DNA of 64,000 nucleotides. Source: Patescibacteria group bacterium. Its GTDB lineage: Bacteria > Patescibacteriota > Minisyncoccia > Minisyncoccales > JANBVM01. Where the stretch lies: NCBI GenBank assembly GCA_024238995.1, contig JANBVL010000001.1, positions 74,059-138,058 on the forward strand, given 5' to 3'. The translations under genes were made by a program, and so were the position numbers. The notes under the pieces were generated by a model. The model was not told the DNA's origin. It was given only the letters and a program-made list of their open reading frames with translations, and searched no databases. Below, piece by piece: positions 58,513 through 64,000 of the stretch (its first letter is position 1; the number at the start of each line of letters is the position of its first letter).

Positions 58513-58666
58513 AATCTTTTTTGGCTGGGGAAGAGCCAAGCGACTGACGAATGACTCTGACCCAGCGTTATTTTAATCTTTTACTTATTTTTCTTTGAAA
58601 ATGACCTTTATATCTGCGATCTAACAAGTTTTTTAATTAAAGTTGATATTTTATACTTACAAATAT

Positions 58667-58754
58667 ATAGGGGGGAAGGAGTGTATGCACACACCAAGAT
58701 ATAGATTTGAGGTGTATGCACCAAACGTGTGTGTATACAACCCTCTCCCCCTAT
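58667..58754. other. Candidate replication origin of the element
   Basis: gtgtatgcac at 58681 and 58712, gtgtatacaa at 58731, inside an ataggggg../..ccccctat inverted repeat directly after the ATPase gene. Confidence 0.5.
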
Positions 58755-60079
58755 TGTTTTGACTCTACTTTTTCTTGAATTGGTATAATCAACATCTTCC
58801 TTCTGTCCATTGAGTCAGGCTCTTGGGTAATAAGACCAGCAGTAGACCACATAGGCACTATTTCTCGCCTTAATTGTTCATCAGATATAGGTCTTCCATA
58901 ACATCTAAAATGTTCATTCATTATTTCTTGCCTAGTTATTCCAACAATACCTTCAATCCACAGGGGTAAAACAATTTTATTGAAAAGGTCAAAAATGTAA
59001 GGTGGCAAATTGAGTTCTTGGCTTTGGGAGATTACTTCCCATATTTTTAAAGCATTCTTAAAATCTTCTTTCTTGCAAGTAATAACCTTATTTTCATTTA
59101 TTCCCCTGTGCCAGAGATTCAATAAAGCAAATGCTTTGGTCAAAGAAATCAATCTGGCAATATCTCTACTATGTCTTGGTTTTAAAAACTTCTTATGTCT
59201 TGATAAAAACTCCTTTTCTATTGTTTCTTTAAGCTGTTCAGAAATCTCAATACCCTTAACCCCAGTTTGTCTAATAGACTCAATCCTTTCTTTTAATTCA
59301 GTCCTTTTTGGGTTTGCTTCTAACTCTTTTCTATAAGTTTTATAGTTTGATTCTTTTTTTATTCTTTCAATTATTGATTCCCTAATTTTCTCTTGGGAGA
59401 TTTCAGGGCTTAAGAGAAGAAATCTTGTCGCTTCTTGCTCATCAATCTTTAATCCAGCAGAGCAGAAAATAACTGATGGGTAGCCCCTAACAACAATGTT
59501 TTTGGTTCGCAGTTTTCTTTTACTTCGGTCTGTAATCTTCACAAGAATTTCCTTCTTGTCGTGGGATAAAACAGGTCTCAAATGCTGAAGTAATAAAGTG
59601 TGTGGTTGGTCTAAAAATACTAAAATTTTCCTTTCAAGATTTATGACATACTGCCCATCTTTATTTTTTTTGGCTTGGTCGTGAAAAAAAGCTGTTGGGC
59701 TACAATACCCTACCTCAATCAAATCTTCTTTTGGAAATAATTTTCCAACTTCCAGAGGAATATAACTTTTTCCTGTGGAGCTTGGAGCATTGAAACTAAT
59801 GTTAAATTGAGATTTCTCTGTAAAAGCTGATAACTGGCAAAGGAAAGTTGCTAGTTTATTTTCTTGGTCTGATTTGATTGTTAAGCCCAAAACATTAAGC
59901 AATTCTTCCACCGATAAATAATCAAAAGTTTTAGGTGCTTCTTTCTTTTCTTCTTCTTTTGAAACAAATTGTTTCTCTATTTTTTTTCTTAAATCTTCAA
60001 ATACCATTACCCTTTCAAGCTGTTTGTCAGAGGCAAGTAGGAAAGGGTTTAAACTTAACCACTCACCCCCAACAAACAA
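58751..60079 (-). CDS. P-loop AAA+-type replication ATPase/helicase-like protein
   Basis: Walker A APSSTGKS, Walker B ILVFLDQ, EATRF arginine finger, winged-helix-like tail; start uncertain. Confidence 0.78.
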   Translation of the reverse strand: MFVGGEWLSLNPFLLASDKQLERVMVFEDLRKKIEKQFVSKEEEKKEAPKTFDYLSVEELLNVLGLTIKSDQENKLATFLCQLSAFTEKSQFNISFNAPSSTGKSYIPLEVGKLFPKEDLIEVGYCSPTAFFHDQAKKNKDGQYVINLERKILVFLDQPHTLLLQHLRPVLSHDKKEILVKITDRSKRKLRTKNIVVRGYPSVIFCSAGLKIDEQEATRFLLLSPEISQEKIRESIIERIKKESNYKTYRKELEANPKRTELKERIESIRQTGVKGIEISEQLKETIEKEFLSRHKKFLKPRHSRDIARLISLTKAFALLNLWHRGINENKVITCKKEDFKNALKIWEVISQSQELNLPPYIFDLFNKIVLPLWIEGIVGITRQEIMNEHFRCYGRPISDEQLRREIVPMWSTAGLITQEPDSMDRRKMLIIPIQEKVESKQ

Positions 60080-60087
60080 CTTTTAAG

Positions 60088-60663
60088 TTAGTTATTTAAC
60101 ATTTTAACTGCTGACACAAAATCTAAACCTCGTAATTTCATTGTTAGGTCAATGATGTCTCCTGATTCTTTGCAAGAAAAACAATGGTAAAATTCATTTT
60201 TTAAATAAAGAGATGGTCTCTTGTCTGGGTGGAAAGGACATAAAGCCCAGATTTTATTTCTTATCTCAAGGAATTTAGAAAAAGGTTGCTGTTTAGCTCT
60301 TTGAATATCCTCGTTAGTTATTTTTCCTTTTCTAAATCTTGGAGGATTTAGCAACCAACTCAATTCTTTATGCTCTTTTATCAGCCTATCTAACTTATCT
60401 CCTGCCCAGACTTTAATTATTTGCTGTTGAAACCATTTCTTAAAGCCCTTAAGCAAAAGGGTTCTTTTTAAACTGATTTTAATTTGTAATGTTAAAGTTT
60501 TAATCTCTTTTTCTAACTTAATTAACCTTTCTTCTAAATACCTTTTTGCCTCTGGAAAAATCTCTAATAGTTGCCTATCAGTAAAAAACTCCTTATTTTC
60601 TAGATAACTTTTTTCCCACTCTTGAATTAGATTCCTTAAAATTGTTTCCTCGCTTATCAGCAT
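60088..60663 (-). CDS. CHC2 zinc-finger (primase-type) protein
   Basis: ALCPFHPDKRPSL....FYHCFSC..SGDIID; no TOPRIM domain. Confidence 0.88.
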   Translation of the reverse strand: MLISEETILRNLIQEWEKSYLENKEFFTDRQLLEIFPEAKRYLEERLIKLEKEIKTLTLQIKISLKRTLLLKGFKKWFQQQIIKVWAGDKLDRLIKEHKELSWLLNPPRFRKGKITNEDIQRAKQQPFSKFLEIRNKIWALCPFHPDKRPSLYLKNEFYHCFSCKESGDIIDLTMKLRGLDFVSAVKMLNN

Positions 60664-60784
60664 TTTGATATTTCTTAAAATTTTCTCTTAAATCACTACC
60701 CAAAAAACTAAAAACCTTTTCCATCATTTGAGGATTTGGTTCAAATTTGTAATTAAGTTTGAAAGGTTTTTTAGTTTTCTTCAT
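60593..60784 (-). CDS. Small basic protein (KFEPNP motif)
   Basis: MKKTKKPFKLNYKFEPNPQMMEKVFSFLGSDL; similar to 50124..50285. Confidence 0.65.
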   Translation of the reverse strand: MKKTKKPFKLNYKFEPNPQMMEKVFSFLGSDLRENFKKYQNADKRGNNFKESNSRVGKKLSRK

Positions 60785-60909
60785 TGTTGGCAGTAAAGAA
60801 CATTCTTGCTAGTTTCACCTTACCACGCACTTTTGAAGAATTTGGCAAATCCTAGACAATCAAAAAAAACACTCATTTTAAGAGTGTTTTGTATCAAATC
60901 AAGTCTTAA

Positions 60910-62121
60910 CTAATCTTTAAATGGTGGGATATTACCCTCTAACCAAAACTGGTAAGAGGATTTTTCTTTTTTGATTCTCTTTAATCTTGGCAATATCATT
61001 CTTTCTTTACCAGTCTTTCTTTTAATAAACTTTTGATATTCTTTTTCCATCTTATTTTGGTATTCTTGGTCATCATAATACCTAACTAAATCACCCTTTA
61101 GTTCAACATACTTTATTAGCGTTAATGGTGGTCTTAAATATCTTTTTAAAGTTTTAGAGGATTGAGTTTTTGGTTTTACTGCGTTTAACCAATCTTCCCA
61201 GTCTTTTTCTGCTATCTCAATAAGATTTAAGGCTGGATATTTTTCTGCAAGATAGCGAAGTCTTGGATTAATGTTAAGATTGATTTGTTTTTCTGTTGAA
61301 GGAGTCCTTTCACTTTCATAAAAATTCCTTTTAAAAAAAGCATCTATTACTTCATCAGGCGACGCTTTTTCTATCTGTTTATAAATCTTTTTAAGATACC
61401 TTTTTTGCTTTTCATTTGTTGGATAAATCGGCAATAAAGTTGTTGGTTCAAGAATTGAGATTGGTATTTCAAGTTCTATATCATAAAGAAAATTATTGAA
61501 AACCCAAACAAAACCTGCTTGTTCATTCAAGGGGCTGAAACCTTTAACAATTTGCTTAATATCTTCTATCATTGGTTTCCAATCCCAACGTGCTTGTTTA
61601 AGAACCCATTTTGAGAGTTCAGGAGTTAGGTAAAGATTTCTCTCCTCATTTTTAATTTTAATCTTTGAATCATCTTTTTGTTTAAGTGGTCGGTAGAGCT
61701 TATATTTTTCTCTAAATAACTTTTTTCTTTGCTGATATTCTTTATCATTAACTACCATTATAGACAAGTTTTGGTTTCTTCTTTCATAATCTTTTAGGTC
61801 AAAGTCTTTAGATGAGTAATCAAAAATAGGAATTTCAATAATTGGTTTTATTTCAACTTTTCTCTTATTAACAGAAAGACCACCTTTAACCATTTTCTTT
61901 AACCTTACTACCCCCCACATTCCTTTTCTTTCTTTCCAAAGCCCTCTTAAACGTTTCTTGTTTTTCCTATTTTTAATCGCTTTCTCAAATTCTTCTTTTG
62001 TGGGTAGTCTTTTAAACCTAACTTCTTGCCATAATTTTTTTACTATCGCTTCAAATTCTTCAAAGACTTTTACAAAAGAAATGTCTATTTTTTTAATTGT
62101 GTTTTTTTTCTGTTTTGCCAT
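60910..62121 (-). CDS. Hypothetical basic protein (403 aa)
   Basis: Long Lys-rich ORF; no motif recognised; followed by hairpin aaaacactc/gagtgtttt at ~60866-60890. Confidence 0.75.
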   Translation of the reverse strand: MAKQKKNTIKKIDISFVKVFEEFEAIVKKLWQEVRFKRLPTKEEFEKAIKNRKNKKRLRGLWKERKGMWGVVRLKKMVKGGLSVNKRKVEIKPIIEIPIFDYSSKDFDLKDYERRNQNLSIMVVNDKEYQQRKKLFREKYKLYRPLKQKDDSKIKIKNEERNLYLTPELSKWVLKQARWDWKPMIEDIKQIVKGFSPLNEQAGFVWVFNNFLYDIELEIPISILEPTTLLPIYPTNEKQKRYLKKIYKQIEKASPDEVIDAFFKRNFYESERTPSTEKQINLNINPRLRYLAEKYPALNLIEIAEKDWEDWLNAVKPKTQSSKTLKRYLRPPLTLIKYVELKGDLVRYYDDQEYQNKMEKEYQKFIKRKTGKERMILPRLKRIKKEKSSYQFWLEGNIPPFKD

Positions 62122-62187
62122 TGGTTAAAGGGCTTTTCGTGAGGCAAAAACCAATGGAAATTTTAATCTTGCCCCACGAATAACCCT
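62118..62187 (-). promoter_or_regulatory. Interleaved two-helix (pseudoknot-like) leader covering the start codon
   Basis: 62129-62147 pairs with 62169-62187 (G-U pairs on minus strand); 62118-62126 pairs with 62149-62157. Confidence 0.6.
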
Positions 62188-62206
62188 GATTTATTTTTAT
62201 TCTTGC

Positions 62207-62422
62207 TTAAGGTCTTAAATTTTCTTTTCCCCTCAATTCTTCTGCTTTTTTAATAAGGTATTTTGCCAACTCACTAACAAACTCATTTATGTCTTTACTC
62301 TTCTCTGCAATTTCTTCTATTTCATTTCTTTTTTGCCAAAACAACTTGTGTGTTGCTTGACTAGTAGCAAGAAAATTTAAAGCTTGTTCTAACAATACAA
62401 ATGCACCTGCATTTAATTTCAT
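62207..62422 (-). CDS. Hypothetical protein
   Basis: 71 aa; first gene inside the right end of the element. Confidence 0.6.
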   Translation of the reverse strand: MKLNAGAFVLLEQALNFLATSQATHKLFWQKRNEIEEIAEKSKDINEFVSELAKYLIKKAEELRGKENLRP

Positions 62423-62483
62423 AGATTTAAGTTAATTTTTATTTAATAAATTCCGACCTTGAAAAGTTATTTTTATTCAAACC

Positions 62484-62570
62484 AAAAAGGGACAACCCTG
62501 CTGGATACCACCTTATTTAAGGGCAGAACAGAATTGTCCCTCTTTACCCTTAAATATAAATTGGTATCCA
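62484..62570 (-). promoter_or_regulatory. Attenuator/pseudoknot-like structured leader
   Basis: tggatacca/tggtatcca plus tatttaaggg/cccttaaata interleaved with an agggacaa../..ttgtccct stem followed by a U-run. Confidence 0.6.
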
Positions 62571-62672
62571 CTTTTCATCTTACTTGTTTCAAACAAAAAA
62601 TCAAAGCTTTTTAAACTTTGATTTTAATGTTAAATTGTAATGAAATGTAATCTAAGCCTTTAACTTCCTCTC

Positions 62673-62923
62673 TTTAAACTCATGGTAGAAGAATCACCTA
62701 TCATTACAATTTTAGCGCCACACTCATAAATCAATTCAACAACAGCTCTTAAAAATCCAATGTCAGTTGAAGCCGGGCTTGGGTCAGCCGTATTAAAATT
62801 AGGTTTTAGCAAAACTGTTTCTCCCCTATTTATGAATTTTTTAAAACCACCAATTTCATTTACAGCTTTTAAAACTGACTCTTTTAAATTACTTTCAACT
62901 TTTACCTTGCTGACTTTATTCAT
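62673..62923 (-). pseudogene. DUF362 gene, 5' part (split by integrated element; ORF reads on to 62660)
   Basis: GETVLLKPNFN.ADP.PAST...AVV......GA..V.IGDS; last 4 aa (KRGS) come from the element. Confidence 0.88.
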
Positions 62924-63016
62924 ATCTATTATTTTAAGTTTTTAAGGGTTTTTTGTCTATTTTAAATAAAAAAACTGGCTCTAGGCCAGCTCCTAAATAT
63001 AAACTGAAATAGACAG

Positions 63017-63697
63017 CTATCCTCCGTATCTTCTTTGTCTTTTTACGTATTCTGAAATTGCCCGATTTAAATCCTTTTTATTAAAATCAGGCCAATATTT
63101 TTTAAAAAAGTAAAGCTCGCTATAAGCAGCCTGCCAAATTAAAAAATTAGAAATACGCTGCTCTTTTCCTGTTCTGATTATTAAATCCAAATCAGAAGTC
63201 CAAAGATTTTGAGAAATATCATCTTCACTAATTTTATCAACAGGAATTTTCTGCTTAATAATGTTTTTAACAGCTTCAACAATCTCTGCCCTGCCCCCAT
63301 AACTTAATGCAAAATTCAAGGTCATGGCTTTATTGTTCTTGGTTAAATCTTCTATTTTTTTAATTGACAACTGAACAGCCTTTGGTAATCTGTCCCTTTG
63401 CCCAATCACTTTTATTTTAATATCTTGTTTAGAGGCTTCCTTAAAATGTGACTGCATTTTTTCAACTAGCTTCATTAAATAATTTATTTCTTTTTTTGGT
63501 CTTTTCCAATTTTCAGTTGAAAACACAAAAAGCGTTAAGGTCTTGACTCCTTTTTCTTTGCACCAATTTATCACCTTTTTAATATTGTCCAATCCCTCTT
63601 TATGACCTTCAAAAGCAGACAATCCCTTCTCTTTTGCCCACCTTCTATTGCCATCTAAGATAATGCCTAAATGGCTTGGAACTTGTTTAATGCTCAT
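63017..63697 (-). CDS. uppS: Undecaprenyl diphosphate synthase (cis-prenyltransferase)
   Basis: HLGIILDGNRRWA, FSTENWKR, SYGGRAEI, IRTGKEQRISNFLIWQ. Confidence 0.96.
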   Translation of the reverse strand: MSIKQVPSHLGIILDGNRRWAKEKGLSAFEGHKEGLDNIKKVINWCKEKGVKTLTLFVFSTENWKRPKKEINYLMKLVEKMQSHFKEASKQDIKIKVIGQRDRLPKAVQLSIKKIEDLTKNNKAMTLNFALSYGGRAEIVEAVKNIIKQKIPVDKISEDDISQNLWTSDLDLIIRTGKEQRISNFLIWQAAYSELYFFKKYWPDFNKKDLNRAISEYVKRQRRYGG

Positions 63698-64000
63698 AAT
63701 AAGAAATCGCTTTCTATTTTAAAATTTGTTGGCAGCGCCCATGGAGCTTTAAAACCAAAAAAATATGCTGATTTTGTTGCTAATTTTGAAAAATTAATTC
63801 TTGGTAAAAAAAACCTTTTAAGCTCTTTTTTATATTTTAAAAAATCTGGGAAATTTTTCAATAGAATGTCGGCTCCAATAAGGCCCCAGATGACTCCCCC
63901 GCCTGACCATGGTTTAGTCAATCCTGCAGCATCGCCACATAAAGTGATGCGGTTATTAGATGGTATTATAAGGCCTTGAGGTATTAAAGCTGAAACAAAG
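63694..64000 (-). CDS. Geranylgeranyl reductase-family FAD oxidoreductase (5' end outside window)
   Basis: Frame open to the window edge: ...RITLCGDAAGLTKPWSGGGVIWGL. Confidence 0.75.
   Translation of the reverse strand, partial: FVSALIPQGLIIPSNNRITLCGDAAGLTKPWSGGGVIWGLIGADILLKNFPDFLKYKKELKRFFLPRINFSKLATKSAYFFGFKAPWALPTNFKIESDFLL

Larger units (their letters stand above)
48571..62674. mobile_element. 14.1-kb serine-integrase element (phage satellite-like or reduced prophage) inserted in DUF362
   Basis: Shared 2-bp core TT at 48571-48572 and 62673-62674; rebuilt attP is a 12/16 inverted repeat; excision restores a 264-aa ORF; integrase, primase-like, ATPase and terminase genes inside. Confidence 0.92.

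Noticed and set aside
48027..62923. Two independent DUF362 genes
   Set aside because: They are complementary non-overlapping halves that join in frame at the reconstructed attB
517..63979. Many antisense or alternate-frame ORFs in the track (e.g. 708..1034, 5760..6269, 13800..14249, 31985..32320, 59010..59336, 63671..63979)
   Set aside because: They lie within well-supported genes on another frame or strand and show no motifs; treated as shadow ORFs
1..64000. tRNA, rRNA or IS elements
   Set aside because: No cloverleaf, rRNA-like stretch or transposase motif recognised by eye

Overview
AT-rich bacterial chromosome segment in genetic code 11 (TGA used as stop). Gene content (short aspS, cohesin/dockerin surface arrays, reduced mur cluster) suggests Patescibacteria/CPR, Parcubacteria-like; this is an inference. 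Almost all genes are on the minus strand. Left to right: (1) cohesin, dockerin and a 2055-aa Ig-repeat surface protein; (2) a ~4-kb accessory island (7.4-11.2 kb) whose cassettes (HEPN-like pair, DUF2806, nitroreductase) are bounded by repeated 11-6-11 dif/Xer-like sites; (3) gltX, murG, ftsW, murD2, murL, mraY, a D,D-carboxypeptidase and aspS; (4) a GNAT / pyruvoyl histidine decarboxylase / membrane sensor kinase / response regulator cluster, a candidate histamine-based signalling module; (5) murC, thpR, HMG-CoA synthase-like gene, efp; (6) a ~13-kb array of six cohesin paralogues plus dockerin, DUF916-like and WxL-like genes; (7) hicBA, HD hydrolase, DUF4015; (8) a 14.1-kb serine-integrase element (48571-62674) inserted in a DUF362 gene. 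Its attP/attB can be rebuilt by hand; attP lies inside the integrase 3' end, so excision would swap the integrase C-terminus and restore DUF362. It encodes primase-like, ATPase, TerS-like, TerL and scaffold-like proteins but no recognisable capsid or portal, plus surface-protein cargo, a dif-like site and three pseudoknot-like leaders; (9) uppS and a partial geranylgeranyl-reductase-family gene. No rRNA, tRNA or CRISPR array was seen. All family calls are by motif recognition, with no database searches.
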